A stretch of DNA of 64,000 nucleotides, from assembly GCA_040954595.2 (NCBI GenBank), contig CM082590.2, positions 2,418,001 through 2,482,000 on the forward strand, in the 5' to 3' direction. The notes below the pieces were generated by a model. It did no database searches and was not told the DNA's origin. It saw only the letters and a program-made list of their open reading frames with translations. This DNA comes from Balanoglossus misakiensis. Its lineage: Eukaryota > Animalia > Hemichordata. Positions 1-15,000 of the stretch are shown one piece after another (positions within the stretch are counted from its first letter, which is position 1; each line of letters starts with the position of its first letter). The position numbers and the translations under genes are program-made.

Positions 1-3000
1 GCCTCGTTTGTTTACAAAATTCTGTTGTGATGCGCAGAACACATATATAGGCCTATGCGCATAAGAACGTTTCCACTAGACTCTGTAGATCGACGGATAG
101 CTGTAAAATTTCCATGGTTGCTTCCAAACAGCCTCGTTTATTTACCGATTTCTGTTGTGAGGCGCAGAACACATGATAGGCCTATGCGCATGAGACATTT
201 TTCCACTAGACTCTGTAGATCGACGGATAGTTGTAAAATTTCATGGTTGCTTCCAAATACAGCCTCGTTTATTTAGCGATTTCTGTTGTGATGCGCATAA
301 CACATAGATAGGCCTATGCGCATAAGAACGTTTTCCACTAGACTTTGTAGATCGACGGATAGTTGTACAATGTCCATGGTTGCTTCCAAACAGCCTCGTT
401 TATTTACCGAATTCTGTTGTGAGGCGCAGAACACGTAATAGGTCTATGCGCATAAGGAAGTTTTCCACCAGACTCTGTAGATCGACGGATAGTTGTAAAA
501 TTTCATGGTTGCTTCCAAATACAGCCTCGTTTATTTACCGATTTCTGTTGTGATGCGCATAACACATAGATAGGCCTATGCGCATAAGAACGTTTTCCAC
601 TAGACTCTGTAGATCGACGGATAGTTGTACAATTTCCATGGTTGCTTCCAAACAGCCTCGTTTATTTACCGATTTCTGTTGTGAGGCACAGAACACATGA
701 TAGGCCTATGCGCATAAGACATTTTTCCACTAGACTCTGTAGATCGACGGATAGTTCTAAAATGTCCATGGTTGCTTCCAAACAGCCTCGTTTATTTACC
801 GAATTCTGTTGTGAGGCGCAGAGCACGTAATAGGCCTATGCGCATAAGAAAGTTTTCCACCAGACTCTGTAGATCGACGGATAGTTGTAAAATTTCCATG
901 GTTGCTTCCAAACAGCCTCGTTTATTTACCGATTTCTGTTGTGATGCGCAGAACACATAGATAGGCATATGTGCATAATAAAGTTTTCCACTAGACTCTG
1001 TAGATCGAGAGATAGTTCTAAAATTTCCATGGTTGCTTCCAAACACAGCCTCGTTTGTTTACAAAATTCTGTTGTGATGCGCAGAACACATATATAGGCC
1101 TATGCGCATAATAACGTTTTCCACTAGACTCTGTAGATCGACGGATAGTTGTAAAATTTCCATGGTTGCTTCCAAACAGCCTCGTTTATTTACCGAATTC
1201 TGTTGTGAGGCGCAGAACACATAGATAGGCATATGTGCATAAGAAAGTTTTCCACTATAGACTCTGTAGATCGAGAGATAGTTCTAAAATGTCCATGGTT
1301 GCTTCCAAACACAGCCTCGTTTGTTTACAAAATTCTGTTGTGATGCGCAGAACACATATATAGGCCTATGCGCATAAGAACGTTTCCACTAGACTCTGTA
1401 GATCGACGGATAGCTGTAAAATTTCCATGGTTGCTTTTAAACAGCCTCGTTTATTTACCGATTTCTGTTGTGAGGCGCAGAACACATAGATAGGCATATG
1501 TGCATAAGAAAGTTTTCCACTATAGACTCTGTAGATCGAGAGATAGTTCTAAAATGTCCATGGTTGCTTCCAAACACAGCCTCGTTTATTTACCGATTTC
1601 TGTTGTGATGCGCATAACACATAGATAGGCCTATGCGCATAAGAACGTTTTCCACTAGACTCTGTAGATCGACGGATAGTTGTACAATTTCCATGGTTGC
1701 TTCCAAACAGCATCGTTTATTTACCGAATTCTGTTGTGAGGCGCAGAACACGTAATAGGTCTATGCGCATAAGGAAGTTTTCCACCAGACTCTGTAGATC
1801 GACGGATAGTTGTAAAATTTCATGATTGCTTCCAAATACAGCCTCGTTTATTTACCGATTTCTGTTGTGATGCGCATAACACATAGATAGGCCTATGCGC
1901 ATGAGAACGTTTTCCACTAGACTATGTAGATCGACGGATAGTTGTACAATTTCCATGGTTGCTTCCAAACAGCCTCGTTTATTTACCGATTTCTGTTGTG
2001 AGGCGCAGAACACATGATAGGCCTATGCGCATAAGAAAGTTTTCCACCAGACTCCGTAGATCGACGGATAGTTGTAAAATTTCCATGGTTGTTTCCAAAC
2101 ACAGCCTCGTTCATTTATAAAATTCTGTTGTGATGCGCTGAACACACACATATGCCTATGCGCATAAGAAAGTTTCCCACTAGACTCTGTAGATCGACGG
2201 ATAGTTCTAAAATTTCCATGATTGCTTCCAAACAGCCTCGTTTATTTACCGAATTCTGTTGTGAGGCGCAGAGCACGTAATAGGCCTATGCGCATAAGAA
2301 AGTTTTCCACCAGACTCTGTAGATCGACGGATAGTTGTAAAATTTCCATGGTTGCTTCCAAACAGCCTCGTTTATTTACCGATTTCTGTTGTGATGCGCA
2401 GAACACATAGATAGGCATATGTGCATAAGAAAGTTTTCCACTATAGACTCTGTAGATCGAGAGATAGTTCTAAAATGTCCATGGTTGCTTCCAAACACAG
2501 CCTCGTTTGTTTACAAAATTCTGTTGTGATGCGCAGAACACATATATAGGCCTATGCGCATAATAACGTTTTCCACTAGACTCTGTAGATCGACGGATAG
2601 TTGTAAAATTTCCATGGTTGCTTCCAAACAGCCTCGTTTATTTACCGAATTCTGTTGTGAGGCGCAGAACACATAGATAGGCATATGTGCATAAGAAAGT
2701 TTTCCACTATAGACTCTGTAGATCGAGAGATAGTTCTAAAATGTCCATGGTTGCTACCAAACACAGCCTCGTTTGTTTACAAAATTATGTTGTGATGCGC
2801 AGAACACATATATAGGCCTATGCGCATAAGAACGTTTCCACTAGACTCTGTAGATCGACGGATAGCTGTAAAATTTCCATGGTTGCTTCCAAACAGCCTC
2901 GTTTATTTACCGATTTCTGTTGTGAGGCGCAGAACACATGATAGGCCTATGCGCATGAGACATTTTTCCACTAGACTCTGTAGATCGACGGATAGTTGTA

Positions 3001-6000
3001 AAATTTCATGGTTGCTTCCAAATACAGCCTCGTTTATTTAGCGATTTCTGTTGTGATGCGCATAACACATAGATAGGCCTATGCGCATAAGAACGTTTTC
3101 CACTAGACTTTGTAGATCGACGGATAGTTGTACAATGTCCATGGTTGCTTCCAAACAGCCTCGTTTATTTACCGAATTCTGTTGTGAGGCGCAGAACACG
3201 TAATAGGTCTATGCGCATAAGGAAGTTTTCCACCAGACTCTGTAGATCGACGGATAGTTGTAAAATTTCATGGTTGCTTCCAAATACAGCCTCGTTTATT
3301 TACCGATTTCTGTTGTGATGCGCATAACACATAGATAGGCCTATGCGCATAAGAACGTTTTCCACTAGACTCTGTAGATCGACGGATAGTTGTACAATTT
3401 CCATGATTGCTTCCAAACAGCCTCGTTTATTTACCGATTTCTGTTGTGAGGCACAGAACACATGATAGGCCTATGCGCATAAGACATTTTTCCACTAGAC
3501 TCTGTAGATCGACGGATAGTTCTAAAATTTCCATGGTTGCTTCCAAACAGCCTCGTTTATTTACCGAATTCTGTTGTGAGGCGCAGAGCACGTAATAGGC
3601 CTATGCGCATAAGAAAGTTTTCCACCAGACTCTGTAGATCGACGGATAGTTGTAAAATTTCCATGGTTGCTTCCAAACAGCCTCGTTTATTTACCGATTT
3701 CTGTTGTGATGCGCAGAACACATAGATAGGCATATGTGCATAATAAAGTTTTCCACTAGACTCTGTAGATCGAGAGATAGTTCTAAAATTTCCATGGTTG
3801 CTTCCAAACATAGCCTCGTTTGTTTACAAAATTCTGTTGTGATGCGCAGAACACATATATAGGCCTATGCGCATAATAACGTTTTCCACTAGACTCTGTA
3901 GATCGACGGATAGTTGTAAAATTTCCATGGTTGCTTCCAAACAGCCTCGTTTATTTACCGAATTCTGTTGTGAGGCGCAGAACACATAGATAGGCATATG
4001 TGCATAAGAAAGTTTTCCACTATAGACTCTGTAGATCGAGAGATAGTTCTAAAATGTCCATGGTTGCTTCCAAACACAGCCTCGTTTGTTTACAAAATTC
4101 TGTTGTGATGCGCAGAACATATATATAGGCCTATGCGCATAATAACGTTTTCCACTAGACTCTGTAGATCGACGGATAGTTGTAAAATTTCCATGGTTGC
4201 TTCCAAACAGCCTCGTTTATTTACCGAATTCTGTTGTGAGGCGCAGAACACATAGATAGGCATATGTGCATAAGAAAGTTTTCCACTATAGACTCTGTAG
4301 ATCGAGAGATAGTTCTAAAATGTCCATGGTTGCTACCAAACACAGCCTCGTTTGTTTACAAAATTCTGTTGTGATGCGCAGAACACATATATAGGCCTAT
4401 GCGCATAAGAACGTTTCCACTAGACTCTGTAGATCGACGGATAGCTGTAAAATTTCCATGGTTGCTTCCAAACAGCCTCGTTTATTTACCGATTTCTGTT
4501 GTGAGGCGCAGAACACATGATAGGCCTATGCGCATGAGACATTTTTCCACTAGACTCTGTAGATCGACGGATAGTTGTAAAATTTCATGGTTGCTTCCAA
4601 ATACAGCCTCGTTTATTTAGCGATTTCTGTTGTGATGCGCATAACACATAGATAGGCCTATGCGCATAAGAACGTTTTCCACTAGACTTTGTAGATCGAC
4701 GGATAGTTGTACAATGTCCATGGTTGCTTCCAAACAGCCTCGTTTATTTACCGAATTCTGTTGTGAGGCGCAGAACACGTAATAGGTCTATGCGCATAAG
4801 GAAGTTTTCCACCAGACTCTGTAGATCGACGGATAGTTGTAAAATTTCATGGTTGCTTCCAAATACAGCCTCGTTTATTTACCGATTTCTGTTGTGATGC
4901 GCATAACACATAGATAGGCCTATGCGCATAAGAACGTTTTCCACTAGACTCTGTAGATCGACGGATAGTTGTACAATTTCCATGGTTGCTTCCAAACAGC
5001 CTCGTTTATTTACCGATTTCTGTTGTGAGGCACAGAACACATGATAGGCCTATGCGCATAAGACATTTTTCCACTAGACTCTGTAGATCGACGGATAGTT
5101 CTAAAATTTCCATGGTTGCTTCCAAACAGCCTCGTTTATTTACCGAATTCTGTTGTGAGGCGCAGAGCACGTAATAGGCCTATGCGCATAAGAAAGTTTT
5201 CCACCAGACTCTGTAGATCGACGGATAGTTGTACAATTTCCATGGTTGCTTCCAAACAGCCTCGTTTATTTACCGATTTCTGTTGTGATGCGCAGAACAC
5301 ATAGATAGGCATATGTGCATAATAAAGTTTTCCACTAGACTCTGTAGATCGAGAGATAGTTCTAAAATTTCCATGGTTGCTTCCAAACACAGCCTCGTTT
5401 GTTTACAAAATTCTGTTGTGATGCGCAGAACACATATATAGGCCTATGCGCATAATAACGTTTTCCACTAGACTCTGTAGATCGACGGATAGTTGTAAAA
5501 TTTCCATGGTTGCTTCCAAACAGCCTCGTTTATTTACCGAATTCTGTTGTGAGGCGCAGAACACATAGATAGGCATATGTGCATAAGAAAGTTTTCCACT
5601 ATAGACTCTGTAGATCGAGAGATAGTTCTAAAATGTCCATGGTTGCTTCCAAACACAGCCTCGTTTATTTACCGATTTCTGTTGTGATGCGCATAACACA
5701 TAGATAGGCCTATGCGCATAAGAACGTTTTCCACTAGACTCTGTAGATCGACGGATAGTTGTACAATTTCCATGGTTGCTTCCAAACAGCATCGTTTATT
5801 TACCGAATTCTGTTGTGAGGCGCAGAACACGTAATAGGTCTACGCGCATAAGGAAGTTTTCCACCAGACTCTGTAGATCGACGGATAGTTGTAAAATTTC
5901 ATGATTGCTTCCAAATACAGCCTCGTTTATTTACCGATTTCTGTTGTGATGCGCATAACACATAGATAGGCCTATGCGCATAAGAACGTTTTCCACTAGA

Positions 6001-9000
6001 CTATGTAGATCGACGGATAGTTGTACAATTTCCATGGTTGCTTCCAAACAGCCTCGTTTATTTACCGATTTCTGTTGTGAGGCGCAGAACACATGATAGG
6101 CCTATGCGCATAAGACATTTTTCCACTAGACTCTGTAGATCGACGGATTGTTCTAAAATTTCCATGGTTGCTTCCAAACAGCCTCGTTTATTTACCGAAT
6201 TCTGTTGTGAGGCGCAGAGCACGTAATAGGCCTATGCGCATAAGAAAGTTTTCCACCAGACTCCTTAGATCGACGGATAGTTGTAAAATTTCCATGGTTG
6301 TTTCCAAACACAGCCTCGTTTATTTATAAAATTCTGTTGTGATGCGCTGAACACATACATATGCCTATGCGCATAAGAAAGTTTCCCACTAGACTCTGTA
6401 GATCGACGGATAGTTCTAAAATTTCCATGATTGCTTCCAAACACATCCTCGATTGTTTACAAAATTCTGTTGTGATGCGCAGAACACATATATAGGCCTA
6501 TGCGCATAAGAACGTTTCCACTAGACTCTGTAGATCGACGGATAGCTGTAAAATTTCCATGGTTGCTTCCAAACAGCCTCGTTTATTTACCGATTTCTGT
6601 TGTGAGGCGCAGAACACATGATAGGCCTATGCGCATGAGACATTTTTCCACTAGACTCTGTAGATCGACGGATAGTTGTAAAATTTCATGGTTGCTTCCA
6701 AATACAGCCTCGTTTATTTAGCGATTTCTGTTGTGATGCGCATAACACATAGATAGGCCTATGCGCATAAGAACGTTTTCCACTAGACTTTGTAGATCGA
6801 CGGATAGTTGTACAATGTCCATGGTTGCTTCCAAACAGCCTCGTTTATTTACCGAATTCTGTTGTGAGGCGCAGAACACGTAATAGGTCTATGCGCATAA
6901 GGAAGTTTTCCACCAGACTCTGTAGATCGACGGATAGTTGTAAAATTTCATGGTTGCTTCCAAATACAGCCTCGTTTATTTACCGATTTCTGTTGTGATG
7001 TGCATAACACATAGATAGGCCTATGCGCATAAGAACGTTTTCCACTAGACTTTGTAGATCGACGGATAGTTGTACAATTTCCATGGTTGCTTCCAAACAG
7101 CCTCGTTTATTTACCGATTTCTGTTGTGAGGCACAGAACACATGATAGGCCTATGCGCATAAGACATTTTTCCACTAGACTCTGTAGATCGACGGATAGT
7201 TCTAAAATTTCCATGGTTGCTTCCAAACAGCCTCGTTTATTTACCGAATTCTGTTGTGAGGCGCAGAGCACGTAATAGGCCTATGCGCATAAGAAAGTTT
7301 TCCACCAGACTCTGTAGATCGACGGATAGTTGTACAATTTCCATGGTTGCTTCCAAACAGCCTCGTTTATTTACCGATTTCTGTTGTGATGCGCAGAACA
7401 CATAGATAGGCATATGTGCATAATAAAGTTTTCCACTAGACTCTGTAGATCGAGAGATAGTTCTAAAATTTCCATGGTTGCTTCCAAACACAGCCTCGTT
7501 TGTTTACAAAATTCTGTTGTGATGCGCAGAACACATATATAGGCCTATGCGCATAATAACGTTTTCCACTAGACTCTGTAGATCGACGGATAGTTGTAAA
7601 ATTTCCATGGTTGCTTCCAAACAGCCTCGTTTATTTACCGAATTCTGTTGTGAGGCGCAGAACACATAGATAGGCATATGTGCATAAGAAAGTTTTCCAC
7701 TATAGACTCTGTAGATCGAGAGATAGTTCTAAAATGTCCATGGTTGCTTCCAAACACAGCCTCGTTTATTTACCGATTTCTGTTGTGATGCGCATAACAC
7801 ATAGATAGGCCTATGCGCATAAGAACGTTTTCCACTAGACTCTGTAGATCGACGGATAGTTGTACAATTTCCATGGTTGCTTCCAAACAGCATCGTTTAT
7901 TTACCGAATTCTGTTGTGAGGCGCAGAACACGTAATAGGTCTACGCGCATAAGGAAGTTTTCCACCAGACTCTGTAGATCGACGGATAGTTGTAAAATTT
8001 CATGATTGCTTCCAAATACAGCCTCGTTTATTTACCGATTTCTGTTGTGATGCGCATAACACATAGATAGGCCTATGCGCATAAGAACGTTTTCCACTAG
8101 ACTATGTAGATCGACGGATAGTTGTACAATTTCCATGGTTGCTTCCAAACAGCCTCGTTTATTTACCGATTTCTGTTGTGAGGCGCAGAACACATGATAG
8201 GCCTATGCGCATAAGACATTTTTCCACTAGACTCTGTAGATCGACGGATTGTTCTAAAATTTCCATGGTTGTTTCCAAACACAGCCTCGTTCATTTATAA
8301 AATTCTGTTGTGATGCGCTGAACACATACATATGCCTATGCGCATAAGAAAGTTTCCCACTAGACTCTGTAGATCGACGGATAGTTCTAAAATTTCCATG
8401 ATTGCTTCCAAACACATCCTCGATTGTTTACAAAATTCTGTTGTGATGCGCAGAACACATATATAGGCCTATGCGCATATGAATGTTTTCCACTATACTC
8501 CGTAGATCGACAGATAGTTCTAAAATTTCCATTGTTGCTTCCAAACAAAGCCTCGTTTGTTTACAAAATTCTGTTGTGATGTGCATAACACATGATAGGC
8601 CTATGCGCACATGAACGTTTTCCCACTAGACTCTGTAGATCGACGGATAGTTCTAAAATTTCCATGGTTGCTTCCAAACACAGCCTCGTTTGTTTACAAA
8701 ATTCTGTTGTGATGCGCAGAACACATATATAGGCCTATGCGCATAATAACGTTTTCCACTAGACTCTGTAGATCGACGGATAGTTGTAAAATTTCCATGG
8801 TTGCTTCCAAACAGCCTCGTTTATTTACCGAATTCTGTTGTGAGGCGCAGAACACATAGATAGGCATATGTGCATAAGAAAGTTTTCCACTATAGACTCT
8901 GTAGATCGAGAGATAGTTCTAAAATGTCCATGGTTGCTACCAAACACAGCCTCGTTTGTTTACAAAATTCTGTTGTGATGCGCAGAACACATATATAGGC

Positions 9001-12000
9001 CTATGCGCATAAGAACGTTTCCACTAGACTCTGTAGATCGACGGATAGCTGTAAAATTTCCATGGTTACTTCCAAACAGCCTCGTTTATTTACCGATTTC
9101 TGTTGTGATGCGCAGAACACATAGATAGGCATATGTGCATAATAAACTTTTCCACTAGACTCTGTAGATCGAGAGATAGTTCTAAAATTTCCATGGTTGC
9201 TTCCAAACACAGCCTCGTTTGTTTACAAAATTCTGTTGTGATGCGCAGAACACATATATAGGCCTATGCGCATAATAACGTTTTCCACTAGACTCTGTAG
9301 ATCGACGGATAGTTGTAAAATTTCCATGGTTGCTTCCAAACAGCCTCGTTTATTTACCGAATTCTGTTGTGAGGCGCAGAACACATAGATAGGCATATGT
9401 GCATAAGAAAGTTTTCCACTATAGACTCTGTAGATCGAGAGATAGTTCTAAAATGTCCATGGTTGCTTCCAAACACAGCCTCGTTTGTTTACAAAATTCT
9501 GTTGTGATGCGCAGAACACATATATAGGCCTATGCGCATAATAACGTTTTCCACTAGACTCTGTAGATCGACGGATAGTTGTAAAATTTCCATGGTTGCT
9601 TCCAAACAGCCTCGTTTATTTACCGAATTCTGTTGTGATGAGCAGAACACATAGATAGGCATATGTGCATAAGAAAGTTTTCCACTATAGACTCTGTAGA
9701 TCGAGAGATAGTTCTAAAATGTCCATGGTTGCTACCAAACACAGCCTCGTTTGTTTACAAAATTCTGTTGTGATGCGCAGAACACATATATAGGCCTATG
9801 CGCATAAGAACGTTTCCACTAGACTCTGTAGATCGACGGATAGCTGTAAAATTTCCATGGTTGCTTCCAAACAGCCTCGTTTATTTACCGATTTCTGTTG
9901 TGAGGCGCAGAACACATGATAGGCCTATGCGCATGAGACATTTTTCCACTAGACTCTGTAGATCGACGGATAGTTGTAAAATTTCATGGTTGCTTCCAAA
10001 TACAGCCTCGTTTATTTAGCGATTTCTGTTGTGATGCGCATAACACATAGATAGGCCTATGCGCATAGGAACGTTTTCCACTAGACTTTGTAGATCGACG
10101 GATAGTTGTACAATGTCCATGGTTGCTTCCAAACAGCCTCGTTTATTTACCGAATTCTGTTGTGAGGCGCAGAACACGTAATAGGTCTATGCGCATAAGG
10201 AAGTTTTCCACCAGACTCTGTAGATCGACGGATAGTTGTAAAATTTCATGGTTGCTTCCAAATACAGCCTCGTTTATTTACCGATTTCTGTTGTGATGCG
10301 CATAACACATAGATAGGCCTATGCGCATAAGAACGTTTTCCACTAGACTCTGTAGATCGACGGATAGTTGTACAATTTCCATGGTTGCTTCCAAACAGCC
10401 TCGTTTATTTACCGATTTCTGTTGTGAGGCACAGAACACATGATAGGCCTATGCGCATAAGACATTTTTCCACTAGACTCTGTAGATCGACGGATAGTTC
10501 TAAAATTTCCATGGTTGCTTCCAAACAGCCTCGTTTATTTACCGAATTCTGTTGTGAGGCGCAGAGCACGTAATAGGCCTATGCGCATAAGAAAGTTTTC
10601 CACCAGACTCTGTAGATCGACGGATAGTTGTAAAATTTCCATGGTTGCTTCCAAACAGCCTCGTTTATTTACCGATTTCTGTTGTGATGCGCAGAACACA
10701 TAGATAGGCATATGTGCATAATAAAGTTTTCCACTAGAGTCTGTAGATCGAGAGATAGTTCTAAAATTTCCATGGTTGCTTCCAAACACAGCCTCGTTTG
10801 TTTACAAAATTCTGTTGTGATGCGCAGAACACATATATAGGCCTATGCGCATATTAACGTTTTCCACTAGACTCTGTAGATCGACGGATAGTTGTAAAAT
10901 GTCTATGGTTGCTTCCAAACAGCCTCGTTTATTTACCGAATTCTGTTGTGAGGCGCAGAACACATAGATAGGCATATGTGCATAAGAAAGTTTTCCACTA
11001 TAGACTCTGTAGATCGAGAGATAGTTCTAAAATGTCCATGGTTGCTTCCAAACACAGCCTCGTTTGTTTACAAAATTCTGTTGTGATGCGCAGAACACAT
11101 ATATAGGCCTATGCGCATAATAACGTTTTCCACTAGACTCTGTAGATCGACGGATAGTTGTAAAATTTCCATGGTTGCTTCCAAACAGCCTCGTTTATTT
11201 ACCGAATTCTGTTGTGAGGCGCAGAACACATAGATAGGCATATGTGCATAAGAAAGTTTTCCACTATAGACTCTGTAGATCGAGAGATAGTTCTAAAATG
11301 TCCATGGTTGCTACCAAACACAGCCTCGTTTGTTTACAAAATTCTGTTGTGATGCGCAGAACACATATATAGGCCTATGCGCATAAGAACGTTTCCACTA
11401 GACTCTGTAGATCGACGGATAGCTGTAAAATTTCCATGGTTGCTTCCAAACAGCCTCGTTTATTTACCGATTTCTGTTGTGAGGCGCAAAACACATGATA
11501 GGCCTATGCGCATGAGACATTTTTCCACTAGACTCTGTAGATCGACGGATAGTTGTAAAATTTCATGGTTGCTTCCAAATACAGCCTCGTTTATTTAGCG
11601 ATTTCTGTTGTGATGCGCATAACACATAGATAGGCCTATGCGCATAACAACGTTTTCCACTAGACTTTGTAGATCGACGGATAGTTGTACAATGTCCATG
11701 GTTGCTTCCAAACAGCCTCGTTTATTTACCGAATTCTGTTGTGAGGCGCAGAACACGTAATAGGTCTATGCGCATAAGGAAGTTTTCCACCAGACTCTGT
11801 AGATCGACGGATAGTTGTAAAATTTCATGGTTGCTTCCAAATACAGCCTCGTTTATTTACCGATTTCTGTTGTGATGCGCATAACACATAGATAGGCCTA
11901 TGCGCATAAGAACGTTTTCCACTAGACTCTGTAGATCGACGGATAGTTGTACAATTTCCATGGTTGCTTCCAAACAGCCTCGTTTATTTACCGATTTCTG

Positions 12001-15000
12001 TTGTGAGGCACAGAACACATGATAGGCCTATGCGCATAAGACATTTTTCCACTAGACTCTGTAGATCGACGGATAGTTCTAAAATTTCCATGGTTGCTTC
12101 CAAACAGCCTCGTTTATTTACCGAATTCTGTTGTGAGGCGCAGAGCACGTAATAGGCCTATGCGCATAAGAAAGTTTTCCACCAGACTCTGTAGATCGAC
12201 GGATAGTTGTAAAATTTCCATGGTTGCTTCCAAACAGCCTCGTTTATTTACCGATTTCTGTTGTGATGCGCAGAACACATAGATAGGCATATGTGCATAA
12301 TAAAGTTTTCCACTAGACTCTGTAGATCGAGAGATAGTTCTAAAATTTCCATGGTTGCTTCCAAACACAGCCTCGTTTGTTTACAAAATTCTGTTGTGAT
12401 GCGCAGAACACATATATAGGCCTATGCGCATAATAACGTTTTCCACTAGACTCTGTAGATCGACGGATAGTTGTAAAATTTCCATGGTTGCTTCCAAACA
12501 GCCTCGTTTATTTACCGAATTCTGTTGTGAGGCGCAGAACACATAGATAGGCATATGTGCATAAGAAAGTTTTCCACTATAGACTCTGTAGATCGAGAGA
12601 TAGTTCTAAAATGTCCATGGTTGCTTCCAAACACAGCCTCGTTTATTTACCGATTTCTGTTGTGATGCGCATAACACATAGATAGGCCTATGCGCATAAG
12701 AACGTTTTCCACTAGACTCTGTAGATCGACGGATAGTTGTACAATTTCCATGGTTGCTTCCAAACAGCATCGTTTATTTACCGAATTCTGTTGTGAGGCG
12801 CAGAACACGTAATAGGTCTATGCGCATAAGGAAGTTTTCCACCAGACTCTGTAGATCGACGGATAGTTGTAAAATTTCAAGATTGCTTCCAAATACAGCC
12901 TCGTTTATTTACCGATTTCTGTTGTGATGCGCATAGATAGGCCTATGCGCATAAGAACGTTTTCCACTAGACTATGTAGATCGACGGATAGTTGTACAAT
13001 TTCCATGGTTGCTTCCAAACAGCCTCGTTTATTTACCGATTTCTGTTGTGAGGCGCAGAACACATGATAGGCCTATGCGCATAAGACATTTTTCCACTAG
13101 ACTCTGTAGATCGACGGATAGTTCTAAAATTTCCATGGTTGCTTCCAAACAGCCTCGTTTATTTACCGAATTCTGTTGTGAGGCGCAGAGCACGTAATAG
13201 GCCTATGCGCATAAGAAAGTTTTCCACCAGACTCCTTAGATCGACGGATAGTTGTAAAATTTCCATGGTTGTTTCCAAACACAGCCTCGTTCATTTATAA
13301 AATTCTGTTGTGATGCGCTGAACACATACATATGCCTATGCGCATAAGAAAGTTTCCCACTAGACTCTGTAGATCGACGGATAGTTCTAAAATTTCCATG
13401 ATTGCTTCCAAACACATCCTCGATTGTTTACAAAATTCTGTTGTGATGCGCAGAACACATATATAGGCCTATGCGCATATGAATGTTTTCCACTATACTC
13501 CGTAGATCGACAGATAGTTCTAAAATTTCCATTGTTGCTTCCAAACAAAGCCTCGTTTGTTTACAAAATTCTGTTGTGATGTGCATAACACATGATAGGC
13601 CTATGTGCACATGAACGTTTTTCCACTAGACTCTGTAGATCGACGGATAGTTCTAAAATTTACATGGTTGCTTCCAAACAGCCTCGTTTATTTACCGATT
13701 TCTGTTGTGAGGCGCAGAACACGTAATAGGCCTATGCGCATAAGAATGTTTTCCACCAGACTCTGTAGATCGACGGATAGTTGTAAAATTTACATGGTTG
13801 CTTCCAAATACAGCCTCGTTTATTTACCGATTTCTGTTGTGATGCGCATAATACATAGATAGGCCTATGTGCATAATAAAGTTTTCCACTAGACTCTGTA
13901 GATCGAGAGATAGTTCTAAAATTTCCATGGTTGTTTCCAAACACAGCCTCGTTCATTTACAAAATTCTGTTGTGATGCGCTGAACACATACATATGCCTA
14001 TGCGCATAAGAAAGTTTCCCACTAGACTCTGTAGATCGACGGATAGTTCTAAAATTTCCATGATTGCTTCCAAACACATCCTCGATTATTTACCAAATTC
14101 TGTTGTGATGCGCAGAACACATATATAGGCCTATGCGCATATGAACGTTTTCCACTATACTCCGTAGATCGACGGATAGTTCTAAAATTTCCATTGTTGC
14201 TTCCAAACAGCCTCGTTTATTTACCGAATTCTGTTGTGAGGCGCAGAACACGTAATAGGCCTATGCGCATAAGAAACTTTTCAACTTTAGATCGAGAGAT
14301 AGTTCTAAAATTTCCATGGTTGTTTCCAAACACAGCCTCGTTCATTTACAAAATTCTGTTGTGATGCGCTGAACACATACATATGCCTATGCGCATAAGA
14401 AAGTTTCCCACTAGACTCTGTAGATCGACGGATAGTTCTAAAATTTCCATGATTGCTTCCAAACACATCCTCGATTGTTTACAAAATTCTGTTGTGATGC
14501 GCAGAACACATATATAGGCCTATGCGCATAAGAACGTTTTCCACTAGACTTTGTAGATCGACGGATAGTTGTACAATGTCCATGGTTGCTTCCAAACAGC
14601 CTCGTTTATTTACCGAATTCTGTTGTGAGGCGCAGAACACGTAATAGGTCTATGCGCATAAGGAAGTTTTCCACCAGACTCTGTAGATCGACGGATAGTT
14701 GTAAAATTTCATGGTTGCTTCCAAATACAGCCTCGTTTATTTACCGATTTCTGTTGTGATGCGCATAACACATAGATAGGCCTATGCGCATAAGAACGTT
14801 TTCCACTAGACTCTGTAGATCGACGGATAGTTGTACAATTTCCATGGTTGCTTCCAAACAGCCTCGTTTATTTACCGATTTCTGTTGTGAGGCACAGAAC
14901 ACATGATAGGCCTATGCGCATAAGACATTTTTCCACTAGACTCTGTAGATCGACGGATAGTTCTAAAATTTCCATGGTTGCTTCCAAACAGCCTCGTTTA

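Noticed and set aside
112-135. CENP-B box or RFX X-box in the monomer (TTGGAAGC on minus; TTTCCATGGTTGC)
   Set aside because: The essential TTCG and CGGG positions of the CENP-B box are absent, and only half of the RFX palindrome matches.
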